NCBI GenBank assembly: GCA_052055015.1 | Contig: JBQJIT010000066.1 | Reading direction: 5' to 3' (one strand) | Length of the DNA stretch: 36,764 bases | Origin: Malassezia furfur | Taxonomy: Eukaryota | Part shown: in pieces, positions 10,882-20,563 of the stretch | Layout: every line of letters starts with the position of its first letter | Position numbering within the stretch: the first letter of the stretch is position 1 | Translations under genes and position numbers: made by a program | The notes under the pieces: generated by a model | The model's database searches: none | The model's input: the letters and a program-made list of their open reading frames with translations, nothing else | Told to the model about the DNA's origin: nothing

Positions 10882-13108
10882 ATGAGCTCAGACGTGCGCG
10901 ACACGGACACACGTCCTACCGCGCGTCGGAGACCAACGTGGCGATGTGACGATGAGCTCACAGTACGTGGAAAATACTTATACAGCCGCGTGCGATTGGT
11001 ATGGGCATCATCGTGGGCGCCCTGATCACCTTCACCAATCTATATCTCGGCCTTCAGTCGGGGTGGATCAGTACGATGACCTTGCAGGGCAGTCTGCTGG
11101 GATTTGCTCTGTTTAAGTTGATCCCTACTTCAATTGAGCTGGGCGGCAGACGATTTGTGATCATGAGCAAGCCGCTCACGCTCAAAGAAAATGTGGTCAT
11201 TCAGACCGTCGCCAGCGCCATCGGCTCTTTGCCGCTCGTGTCAGGCGCCATCGGTGTGCTTCCTGCACTGGCTATACTAGACGAAAAGCAAGACGGCGTG
11301 GGTCCTATGATTTTCTCTCAGACCGGGATTTGGCTCTGGACGTTTGGCCTGGCCTTGTACGTCCTATCTTCTTACGCAGTGCCGGCATCTTCTTCGCAAG
11401 CCCACTGCGCGAGCCCATGATCTTACAGGAACGCCTGCCATTTCCCAGCGGTTCGGCAACGGCGCAGTTGGTTTCTTTACTGCACCGTACACCGCTGAAG
11501 CGTGACCCCGTCGAGACGCAAAATGCACGCGCCGCGGGCGAAGAGGACGTGGCCACCGAAGTCCCTTCACATGCATCGCGACAGGACGTTCAAACAAGCT
11601 GGAATGTCTTGCTCGTATCTCTGGGCGTGTCCTGCTTTGTGACACTCCTTTCGTTTGTGGTCCCTGTGGTGTATGCCTTGCCGGTGTTTGATGTGTTTGC
11701 TCCACGGGGACATTCCCTGACACGCTGGGGATGGTGGTTCACCCCATCGTTTAGCTACATTGGGCAAGGCATGATTATGGGGCTTCCCACGTCCATTCAT
11801 ATGGTGCTCGGCGCCGTTGTCGGCTGGGCAATTCTCTCGCCCATGGCACACGCTTTTGGATGGGCACCGAGCGAGCCGCTGGATGCCGACGAAGGCGGGC
11901 GTGGCTGGATCTTGTGGATCTCACTGGCTGTGATGTGCGCAGAAAGCATTATTGGTGTGGTGGCACTCGTCTTTTCCTCGGGCACCAAAGACTTTTTGGA
12001 CTGGGGCAAAAGCACCGAACACCGCATCGCGCTGCCTTCTCACGAGCACGAGGGGCTTTTGCCAAACAGAGCAGACCGACTTGCGCCGCCGGCAAGTTCT
12101 TCAGGGAGGGCGGAAGACTCACTCTCGGAAATTACGCTTCCAGATGAGGACGATGAGCCACCAGAACGGCAGACGCCCATCAATTATGTCGTCGGTGGAC
12201 TGATCATTTCCAGTGTTGTGGGCGTGTTGTCGGTCGCAGGCGCCGCGGGCACGTCCATCGCCCCATGGGCGACGCTGCTGGCCTTCATTCTTGCCAGCCT
12301 CTTTTCCGTGTTGGCCGTCCGCGCACTGGGTGAGACTGATTTGAATCCGGTGAGCGGTGTCGCAAAGATCAGCCAGCTGCTGTACGGTGTGGTACAGCCC
12401 GGCAATGTGGTCGCGAACCTGATTGCCGGCGCGATCACTGAGTCTGGAGCTATGCAGGCTGGCGAGCTGATGCAGGACTACAAGACAGGCCATCTGGTTG
12501 GCGTCGCACCCTGGAACCAGTTCCGTGGCCAGCTGCTGGGGAGCCTGCTGGGCATTGGCTTTACCGTCTTTGGTTATACCCTGTATCGCTCGACCTACCC
12601 GATCCCTGGACCCCAATTTCCCGCACCCACTTCGGCCATTTGGCTAAACCTCGCGCGGCTGATCAACAATGGTACTCTGCCAGAGACCGTGCCGTCATTT
12701 ATGCTGCTCTTCGGCGTTATCTTCGGCGTTACGGGGATTCTGCATGCCGTTGCACGTTCCCGTCACTTACGCCGCTTGCGCTCCAAGCGGCGCCGAAACG
12801 AGCCGGTGCCTATGTGGGAGCAATGTGCACTTGCGTTCCCGAGTGGCATTGCATTCGCAACTGGGATGATGAACACGCCCAACTTTTCGCTTGCACGGCT
12901 GCTGGGCGGCCTTTCGGCTGCTGCGTATACGCGCTACGCGCAGCGCTACAACACGCAACAGGACCTCAAAACCCTTCTGGTGATTGTGGTGGCCTCTGGA
13001 TTTGTACTGGGCGAGGGCTTTGCCAGTATCGCAGGACTGGTCCTGACTAATAGCGACGTGCCTGTGCTGTGCTACGGGTGCCGATATGGCTGCGGAGGCG
13101 GCTGCTAA
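10882..13108 (+). CDS. OPT superfamily transporter (YSL/YGL114W-like); introns 10963-10985 and 11357-11379
   Basis: Splicing gives ELTPRAIGMGIIVG..NLYLGLQSGW..ENVVIQT..LAFAGIFFASPLR..LPFPSGSATA..GETDLNPVSGVAKISQL..AGELMQDYKTGHL..ASGFVLGEG; many TM helices; Cys-rich C-terminus CYGCRYGCGGGC. Confidence 0.9.
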
Positions 13109-13114
13109 TGGAAT

Positions 13115-13390
13115 TCAGTGAACTTCCTCGCCGGAGATGACCTCCTTGCCCGTTTTCTTGATCTTCTCAAGCACCGTGTCGTACGGCTGCGTAGTGTACA
13201 CATCGACCGTCTGGGTCTCCATCGCGGTTTCATACTTGGAAACACCTGGATAAGCTCAATAACGCACCTTCGAGCTTCGAAAGAACGCGCTCGATCGCGG
13301 CAGAGCATGCTCCGCACGCCATCTTCACGTGAAAGCGATAGTGATGGTCGTCCTGCATTAGGTGGCTGGGGTCGTGCGACGTACTGTCAT
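13115..13390 (-). CDS. ATX1: Copper chaperone ATX1 (HMA domain); introns 13353-13384 and 13246-13267; missed by the ORF track
   Basis: Spliced product MTDDHHYRFHVKMACGACSAAIERVLSKLEGVSKYETAMETQTVDVYTTQPYDTVLEKIKKTGKEVISGEEVH, with MxCxxC and the KTGK signature. Confidence 0.93.
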
Positions 13391-13550
13391 GCTGCCGTGC
13401 GTTGCGTGGAGGGGGACGTGCGGGGATCGGCCGCGTGCGCCTGCCTGCTTGGATAAGCCGATGTCAGCAATCGACGAACTATATGCATCACGTGCAATTG
13501 ACATAGGGGCGCCTTCGCCGTTCCACGCCTGCCTACATACCGACATCACC

Positions 13551-14125
13551 ATGGAGAACATCCACGTACGTACGGCGCGCGTACGCCCCGACTAACCGCG
13601 CAGGGAGAGCTTGTTGACCTTTACGTCCCCCGCAAGTGCGCTGCCACCGGCCGTCTCATCGAGGCCAAGGACCACGCCTCGGTCCAGATTGCGATTGCGG
13701 ATGTCGACGAGAACGGCAAGATCATCCCTGGCCAGACGACCAACATCCCTATTGCTGGCTCGATCCGCCACCAGGGCGAGAGCGATGACTCGCTGAACCG
13801 CATCTGCCAGGAGAAGGGCTGTACGTATTTTTATCTGCGCGCGCGCCGTGTCGTTGGGTCGGTTGTGGCCCCCCATTTGCTCCAGACAGTCTGCGCCTGG
13901 CACGGAGGTTCCACTCCATCTGTTCATGCCAGGCGAAGGATTCCATTATTATGGAGCGCAAATCAATGTTCAGCGGATTAAGAGCTCGCAGACCCCTATT
14001 TAATGGGTTTATGAGCGTCAGACTGCTGCAACAGACCCAACGACATTGCCGCACGCAGTTGTGCGAACCGAACATGTACTAACACTCCAGTCATCCGCAA
14101 CGTGTGGGCTGCTCAGCAGAAGTAA
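13551..14125 (+). CDS. RPS21: 40S ribosomal protein S21 (eS21); introns 13566-13603 and 13821-14090; missed by the ORF track
   Basis: Spliced product [60 protein letters not shown]; both introns have GTACGT donors and ACTAAC branch points. Confidence 0.95.
13875..14036 (+). ncRNA. Intronic box H/ACA snoRNA, probable snR3-like guide
   Basis: Hairpin 1 (GCTCCA/TGGAGC; CGCCTGGCA/TGCCAGGCG), H box AAATCA 13960-13965, hairpin 2 (CAGCGG/CTGCTG; GCTCG..AGACCC/GGGTTT..TGAGC), ACA 14031-14033 exactly 14 nt below the upper stem. Pocket strands ATTAAGA and GTCAGA are complementary to conserved LSU rRNA sites (targets recalled from yeast 25S). Confidence 0.75.
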
Positions 14126-14597
14126 AAAAAGGCTGTAACTCGATAGCCTGTCCGTATTCCACGGTGTGCTCCATGTACCCCAAAATGCCATATTAGGAGA
14201 CCTCCTCAAACGTGTGTGTGCTATGGAAGGCGTTCCTGTGTTCCTGTAGCGTGTAGGTGTGTGTTGCAGCGCGATGCGCTCGACACAGCATTTGATGGGT
14301 GTGCGGGTGTGCGGGCACCGCACCGGGCGCCCCTGTGACCGGGCGGGGTCCCCCAAGGTCGCGTGTGCCCGGCGTGCGCTACACGCGTGCCACGTCGGGG
14401 CTTTTCCGTTTTCTTTTTTTCGTTCGCATGGTGCACGTGCAGGGGAAATATGCTGTTGCGCGCACGAGGAAATTACCGCTGCGGCAGCAAATCTCCTCCC
14501 GGCGTCGCTCGCGACGTGTGCGTTTCCGTCCACGTCCTAGAGGACCCCGACACGCGTCGCTTTTAGCAGCACCATTGGAGGGGCGTGGGAGGTGAAT

Positions 14598-17462
14598 ATG
14601 CGCGATTATCGCGGGACAGGTGATGCGGCGTTCCGCCGGCCTTCGGGTGCGGGTGCGAACGCCGAAGCGCCGCGCTTCGTACCCGATACGAGTACCGGTG
14701 CATTCTCGCCGGCGCTCGACCTGCACCGCACAGGATCGTGGTCGAGCGCCACAAGTGCGTCGTCGAACACACGCCAGTCGTATGGGCGCGCTGGCGGCGC
14801 CGCTGCTGGCCTGAACGGCAGCATGAGCCCGCCATTCCAGGGACGTGCGCCACCGAAACGCACCATGACGGTCGACCCGAGCGAGTTTCTGATGCGCCCT
14901 ATGCGTGGCGAGTGGACAGACGATGCGTCGTACGGATGGCCGTCCCTGCCCGGTGCAACGGCCGCGATGCGCGCCAACTCGATGCGTCCGTCGTCGTCGA
15001 CGCTGCCGCGTGTCCATCCTTTGAGCCGCTCGCAGACGCTTGACGTCGACGCACCCGTCACCGCGCGGCCTCCCCACGTATTCTCGCCGCACGGCAACTT
15101 TAGCATGCCCGGTTCGGCAGTTGGCTCGCCGCGCATGCTGCCAGTCGACGACTGGACGCCGCCGGCGCAGGCCGTTGCGGGCGCGCCCGAGTGGTCGGCG
15201 CCAGATCTTGACACGCCGTGGCTGCCGCCACGCGCAGGCTCGGGTGCACCTAACACGGTACCGCTGCGCCGCGGGAGCGCGTTCGGCGCCGAGGTGCTCT
15301 CGACATCGCCCGATGACGACAGTGCGCTACTGCACCAGCAGCAGAACGCGGAGGCATCCGTTGCGATGGCGCTTGGCGATGATGTGATGGGCACTCGCAC
15401 GCTGAGCACCTCACCGACGTCCATCTCGCGCCTTGGCGCGCCTGGCGACGCGCCGCTCTCCCCGTCGCCGACCGAGCGCGAACTTGCGCGGCAGATGCGC
15501 TCGTTGACGCTCCCCCCGGACGTGTCCAGTGGCGAGGCGGCGGCGCGCGGCGGCGGAATGCGTCGCGACACGCCGCCCGTGACGTCCCCCCCGTCGTTTT
15601 CGCCGCGCGGGTCGCTGCGCGGCACGGGGCGCCCCGAGCCGTTTGGGCGCCCTCCTGGACGGCACGCGACGCTCCACCTGCTCGACACGGGCAAACCTGC
15701 CACGGGCGCGGGCACTGCGGCTGCGTTCCCCATGCTGCCGAGTGGCCCGTTTGGCACGGAGCCGCGCAGCGCTGTTGCGTCGCCGTCGGGCAAGTACGGC
15801 AACGTGTTTTCCCCGCCCTTCTCGCCGGATCTGACGCCCCTCGCACGCGACGACGGCGCGCCGCTCGGCATGTTTGCGCCCAGCGCCGCGCCCGCCGCGC
15901 CCAAGCCACCGCTCGATACGCCGCCCGCTCCGCTGTACTTTGGCACGCACGCCGCCGCGTCGCCACGCGCCCCGAGTGTCGCCGACGGCACGCGCACCGC
16001 GTGGTTTGGCGCGCCCGGTACACTGCGCCTCGGCGACCGCACGCAGGACGTGCCCGAGCCGTCGGGCGCAGCGTTCGCGCCGTACGCGTTCGCGCCCAGT
16101 GCCGCACCGCGCGACGTGCGCCCTCGTGTGCCGTTCGAGGCGCCCGGCGCTGCGCCGGCGCCTGCGCCGTACGAGCCTGCGCCCTTTACGCGGCGGCACG
16201 CGTCTGGGCGGCGCAACGCATCGGACCACCGCCACGAGCGCCAGCGTCGGCACCACGCCGAGGACCGCGAGCACACGCACGAGCTTGGGAGCCGCTTTGA
16301 GCTGCAGGACGTGCGTGGCCGCATGGTCGAGACCAGCACGGACCAGCACGGGAGCCGGCTGATCCAGGAGAAGCTGGACCACTGCACGCAGGAAGAGCGC
16401 GACCTCGTCTTCGCCGAGCTGTACCCCGAGGCGCGGCGGCTGATGACCGACGTGTTTGGCAACTATGTCATCCAAAAGATGCTCGAGTACGGCACGGCGG
16501 AGCAGGTGCGTGCGCTCGGCGAGCAGCTGCAGGGCCATGTGCTCACGCTGTCGCTTGGCACGTACGGGTGCCGCGTGGTGCAAAAGGCGTTTGAACACGT
16601 GAGCCCCGAGCAAAAGGTCACGCTGAGCCGCGAGCTGGAGCCGTACGTGCTGGACTGCGTGCGCGACCAGAACGCCAACCATGTCATCCAAAAGATCCTC
16701 GAGCGCGTGCCCAACAAGCACCTCGACTTTGTCGCGTCCGCATTTGCCGGCCATGTGCCGGTGCTCGCGTCGCACTGCTACTCGTGCCGCGTGTTGCAGC
16801 GCATCTTCGCGTTCTGCAGCGAGGCGCAGCGCCGCCCGCTTCTCGACGAGATGCACCAGGACACGCTGCGCCTGATGCAGGACCAGTACGGGAACTACGT
16901 CATCCAGTGGGTCCTGCAGCACGGCGAGGCGCACGACCGCACCGCCATCGTGCGCCAGACCAAAACGCACCTCTTGCAGCTTGCGCGGCACAAGTTTGCC
17001 TCGAATGTGGTGGAGCACGTGGTCGAAGTCGCGCCGCCCGCCGACCTCGCCGAGCTGCTCGACGAGCTGTTCAGCCCAGTGGACCCCGCCGAGGCGCCCG
17101 CGGCGCTCACGCTCCCGGAGAGCACAGGCGCCAAGCACTGCGTCGCGACGGTCATGATGCAGGACCAGTACGCCAACTACGTCTTGCAGCGCTTCCTTCA
17201 GGTGGTCCAGGGCGAGGGCCGCCAGCGCCTCATCGCGACCGTACGTCCGGCGCTCCAGGCACTCCGCCAGATGGCCACACCCGTCTCGGGGTCGGGCGCC
17301 ACGCCCTACACAGGCGCTATCCGCCTACCGGGTGGCGGCCACATCGGCTCCAAACCCCTGCTCACCATCGAGCGACTCATCGACCAAATGTCACATGCCC
17401 CGCCGGAGCGCGCCCCGAACTCCGCATTGCACGCCACCCATACCACGGCGCATGCCCACTAG
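14598..17462 (+). CDS. PUF3: Pumilio-family RNA-binding protein, Puf3 type
   Basis: Eight PUF repeats with the canonical recognition residues SR..Q, NY..Q, CR..Q, NH..Q, CR..Q, NY..Q, SN..E, NY..Q (predicts UGUANAUA binding); long low-complexity Pro/Ala/Ser N-terminus. Confidence 0.88.
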   Translation: MRDYRGTGDAAFRRPSGAGANAEAPRFVPDTSTGAFSPALDLHRTGSWSSATSASSNTRQSYGRAGGAAAGLNGSMSPPFQGRAPPKRTMTVDPSEFLMRPMRGEWTDDASYGWPSLPGATAAMRANSMRPSSSTLPRVHPLSRSQTLDVDAPVTARPPHVFSPHGNFSMPGSAVGSPRMLPVDDWTPPAQAVAGAPEWSAPDLDTPWLPPRAGSGAPNTVPLRRGSAFGAEVLSTSPDDDSALLHQQQNAEASVAMALGDDVMGTRTLSTSPTSISRLGAPGDAPLSPSPTERELARQMRSLTLPPDVSSGEAAARGGGMRRDTPPVTSPPSFSPRGSLRGTGRPEPFGRPPGRHATLHLLDTGKPATGAGTAAAFPMLPSGPFGTEPRSAVASPSGKYGNVFSPPFSPDLTPLARDDGAPLGMFAPSAAPAAPKPPLDTPPAPLYFGTHAAASPRAPSVADGTRTAWFGAPGTLRLGDRTQDVPEPSGAAFAPYAFAPSAAPRDVRPRVPFEAPGAAPAPAPYEPAPFTRRHASGRRNASDHRHERQRRHHAEDREHTHELGSRFELQDVRGRMVETSTDQHGSRLIQEKLDHCTQEERDLVFAELYPEARRLMTDVFGNYVIQKMLEYGTAEQVRALGEQLQGHVLTLSLGTYGCRVVQKAFEHVSPEQKVTLSRELEPYVLDCVRDQNANHVIQKILERVPNKHLDFVASAFAGHVPVLASHCYSCRVLQRIFAFCSEAQRRPLLDEMHQDTLRLMQDQYGNYVIQWVLQHGEAHDRTAIVRQTKTHLLQLARHKFASNVVEHVVEVAPPADLAELLDELFSPVDPAEAPAALTLPESTGAKHCVATVMMQDQYANYVLQRFLQVVQGEGRQRLIATVRPALQALRQMATPVSGSGATPYTGAIRLPGGGHIGSKPLLTIERLIDQMSHAPPERAPNSALHATHTTAHAH

Positions 17463-17597
17463 ATACGGGGATGTATATGATATCACTGCGCCACGCATGC
17501 CTCGGCGCCCCCGAAAGACACTCTACATAGTTGCAATACGTTTTGTGTCGCGCACCGTACCGTCGCCCCTGCCCACCTCCCGCCTCCACATTGGGAC

Positions 17598-19571
17598 ATG
17601 GGCGAGGCGCCCCGCCCCACACATCGCGTCTGGGTTGAGCCCGAGGTGTGTGCGCATCCCACGGCGTATGCCAAGGACAACATCGAGGGTCATCTCGAGC
17701 TCGTCTCTACCGCGCACCCTGCCGACGCCGCATCAACTGCGCTCCGCTTTCACGTTGACGCACCGCGCGACGCGCGCACGCCGGCCTTCCACGCGGCACT
17801 CATGCGCCTGCGCTCGCTGCGCCTCGGTGCCCCATCACCCCTACGCACGTATGGCTCCGTGACGCTGCGCACAAACGACGACACGCCGCCTGTCACGCTC
17901 TTCTTCCACCACGATACCCACACGGAGGTCACGCGCACCTGGGGCGGCCAGCGCCTGCTGGATGCGCTCCGTCTGTACGTCGATGTCGTCGCGAGCCGCC
18001 AGGATCCGGGCCTTTATCTCGTGGAACCTGACAGCGAGCTACGTGCTGTACATACAGCGCCCGTGTTTTCCGACGACGCGCTCGACAAGCGCCCGACGCA
18101 GACGAACCCCGAAAGCTTCTCGCAGTGGGCACATCTGACCCGCATCTCGGTTCTTGCGCAGTTCTCGCACGTCACACGCGGTGCACGCCAGTCGCGCGAC
18201 GCTATCTGGCAAAATCCGCTGGTGCGCCGTGCTCTGCCGCAGAAGCCGAGTGCTACGCAGTCGAATGCACAAGCAGGGCCCTACATGGTGAGCGCCCAGG
18301 CGGCGCCGCCGGAGCGCGAAGAGTTTGATGCCGCGCGTGTCTATCTCGCCAAGTGGGCCCAGTCAGTCGCCAGCGAAGGCGAGCGCAACCAGATCGCCGA
18401 GGACGTCGACGTAGAGTCACTGCTGGGCACGACGCCGATCCCCTCAGGACAAGACGGAGGTAACCTCCGCTCGGCACCCGCCATCACGACCAAGGCATGG
18501 ACTTCGCTGCTGGACGGCGGCGCAGACGCCACCACTTTGGCGCAGCACATCTTCCATCGTGGCATCGCACCTGAGACGCGCAAAGAGGTATGGCCGTACC
18601 TCCTCGGCGTGCTGCAGCCGGCGTCCGAATGTATGAGCCGCGCAGCGCAATGGAATACGCACCACCGCATCTACGACGAGCTCGCTTCGGAATGGAAGCA
18701 GCCTGGCGTCGAGCTGCCCAAGGACGTCGAGACGTCTAAGCATCGTATCTGGATCGACTGCCTGCGCACCGATACCAAGCACCCGCTTTTTGCTGAGGAG
18801 CAAGGCGCAGACGAAGCCTTTCATGCCATGCAGGCCAGCGGGTGGGACCGACAGCCCCACCAGGGCAGCGATGCTGAGCGCGTGAACCACCATTTTTACG
18901 CGCTCAGCGACGTGCTCCTCACCTTTTGCTTGTACGCAGAACGCGATGAACAACTTGCCAAATTGCATGGCTACGTCCAGGGCATGAGCGATCTCTGTGT
19001 GGTGTGCTACGTGGCATGCGAAGGCGACCTAGTGCGCACGTTCTGGTGTCTTGTTGGTGTGATGCGTCAGATGGGGGCCAACTTCGTCCATGACCAGACC
19101 GGCATGCGGAATGAGCTGCTGATCCTGCAGCGCCTGCTTGCCGAGCTGTGTCCGAAACTGTATGCCTTCCTACATGCCATCGACGGGCTCAACCTCTTCT
19201 TCTGCTTCCGCTGGGTCCTCGTGTGCTTCAAGCGCGAGTTTCCGCTGTCGGACGTGCTCCGGTTGTGGGACGCAATTTATGCCGCGAGTTGGAGCACGCC
19301 CGACGATAAACTCGACTCCCCACAGTGGCCGTTGTGCTACCACTTTGAGCTGTTTATCGCATTGGCCATCCTCGAAAGCCACGCCGACGTGATTGTGCGG
19401 CACCTGCGTACTTTTGACGAGGTGCTGCAGTACGTCCACTCACTCGCCTATCAAATGGACGTCCATGCCATCCTCCGGCGTGCCGAAGCGCTCGTGTTCC
19501 GCCTGCGTGGGCGCACCGAGCACCCACACACCCAACTAGAAGCCAGCTTGAAGGAGCTTGTGCTACGCTAA
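17598..19571 (+). CDS. GYP7: Rab GTPase-activating protein with TBC domain, GYP7/TBC1D15-like
   Basis: HPTAYAKDNIEG, LFFH, EFDAARVYLAKWA, IFHRGI..RKEVWPYLLG, IWIDCLRTD (Arg finger), GYVQGMSDL (Gln finger), LFFCFRWVLVCFKREF. Confidence 0.9.
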   Translation: MGEAPRPTHRVWVEPEVCAHPTAYAKDNIEGHLELVSTAHPADAASTALRFHVDAPRDARTPAFHAALMRLRSLRLGAPSPLRTYGSVTLRTNDDTPPVTLFFHHDTHTEVTRTWGGQRLLDALRLYVDVVASRQDPGLYLVEPDSELRAVHTAPVFSDDALDKRPTQTNPESFSQWAHLTRISVLAQFSHVTRGARQSRDAIWQNPLVRRALPQKPSATQSNAQAGPYMVSAQAAPPEREEFDAARVYLAKWAQSVASEGERNQIAEDVDVESLLGTTPIPSGQDGGNLRSAPAITTKAWTSLLDGGADATTLAQHIFHRGIAPETRKEVWPYLLGVLQPASECMSRAAQWNTHHRIYDELASEWKQPGVELPKDVETSKHRIWIDCLRTDTKHPLFAEEQGADEAFHAMQASGWDRQPHQGSDAERVNHHFYALSDVLLTFCLYAERDEQLAKLHGYVQGMSDLCVVCYVACEGDLVRTFWCLVGVMRQMGANFVHDQTGMRNELLILQRLLAELCPKLYAFLHAIDGLNLFFCFRWVLVCFKREFPLSDVLRLWDAIYAASWSTPDDKLDSPQWPLCYHFELFIALAILESHADVIVRHLRTFDEVLQYVHSLAYQMDVHAILRRAEALVFRLRGRTEHPHTQLEASLKELVLR

Positions 19572-19580
19572 TATACATTG

Positions 19581-20371
19581 CTACGCCAACTCGGCATCGA
19601 CCACATACCGGTCGCCTACGTTCTCCACAGGGTATTTTTGGGGGGTATACCGGCGCCGATGCCACGAGCGCACGAGGCGCTGCGCCTCAGCAGTCGACTC
19701 GAGCCGCACCAAAAACCAGGCATCTGAGCCGGTCGCGTGCCTGTGTGAGCGGTGCAAGATGACGTACAAGCCGGGGAGTTTGAGCACACTGTTGGGGGCC
19801 CGCAGGACACCGAGTTCCAACAGTTCCGATGGCAAGCGAACCGCCTCGTCGTTGCGCGCAAAGGGCACAAGGTCGTCGAGCACCAGCGGTGTTGGAGTGC
19901 CCATCTCGCCCACGAGTGCATAGTTCCGCCGCAGCTTCTTTTCGAGCTTTTCGGCGGTGGTTTGCAGCGGCAGGTTGCGCAGCAGCACACACCGCATCGG
20001 CTCGGCGGTCAGGACGTCGAGTGCCGCGTAGAGTGCATGCGGTCTGCCCTCGTAGTGTGTGCGCAACGTTTCACGCGCCTTGTCAAGGGAGAGCTGTGTG
20101 AATGATCGGGACCTACCTCGCTAGCGGCGATCTCGCGCCCGCCGGTGCGCTTGGCATTCACGCGATGAGCGGCCCACGCTGGAGGGCGATCGCTGGGTAG
20201 TGTTACAATCGCCGCGCCGGACGGCTGGAGAAGCGGGGTGCGGAGGACATCGATGCGGACCTCGGCAGACCCCCCTCCAAGCCGCCAAATATCTTGGGGT
20301 AGGGCTGTCCGGGGAAGATTGCGTAACAGTACGCACGGTTTCATGCTTCGTCCGTGCCGCGCCGGCCCCAT
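19581..20371 (-). CDS. Hypothetical protein with two RRM-like repeats; intron 20094-20116; start at 20371 or 20344
   Basis: A 23-nt intron GTAGGT..TTCACACAG joins ORF 20009..20371 to ORF 19581..20066. Both halves contain CVLLRNLP (RNP2-like); the second has FLVRLESTAEAQRLVRSWH. Confidence 0.65.
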
Positions 20372-20563
20372 CTCACGAACTAGGGCTTAAATTTGATGTC
20401 GGCGTTGTTCGGCGCTAGTAAGAGGACCAATAAGATTTTTGCCAATGCGCGAAGCCAACACGCGAAGGCCATAGTGGCGCGACTTTTTTTTATTTGCTGA
20501 TTCTGGCCCGCCTAGACATCTTTGGGGAGGTGCAAGGTCCAGTCTTACTCCCTCACCACGACG

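Noticed and set aside
10879..10960. PAC-like GCGATGAG and repeated CGATGAGCTCA
   Set aside because: Overlaps the OPT start codon and first exon, not a ribosome-biogenesis promoter; short enough to be chance.
13326..13331. TCACGTGA as another promoter E-box
   Set aside because: Lies inside ATX1 coding sequence (F-H-V-K).
13821..14090. Structured intron considered as a group I/II intron, RNase P/MRP, TPP riboswitch or C/D snoRNA
   Set aside because: Lacks ordered P7/P3 cores, domain V, CR-I/CR-V, TPP motifs and RUGAUGA/CUGA boxes; it has spliceosomal ends and fits H/ACA geometry.
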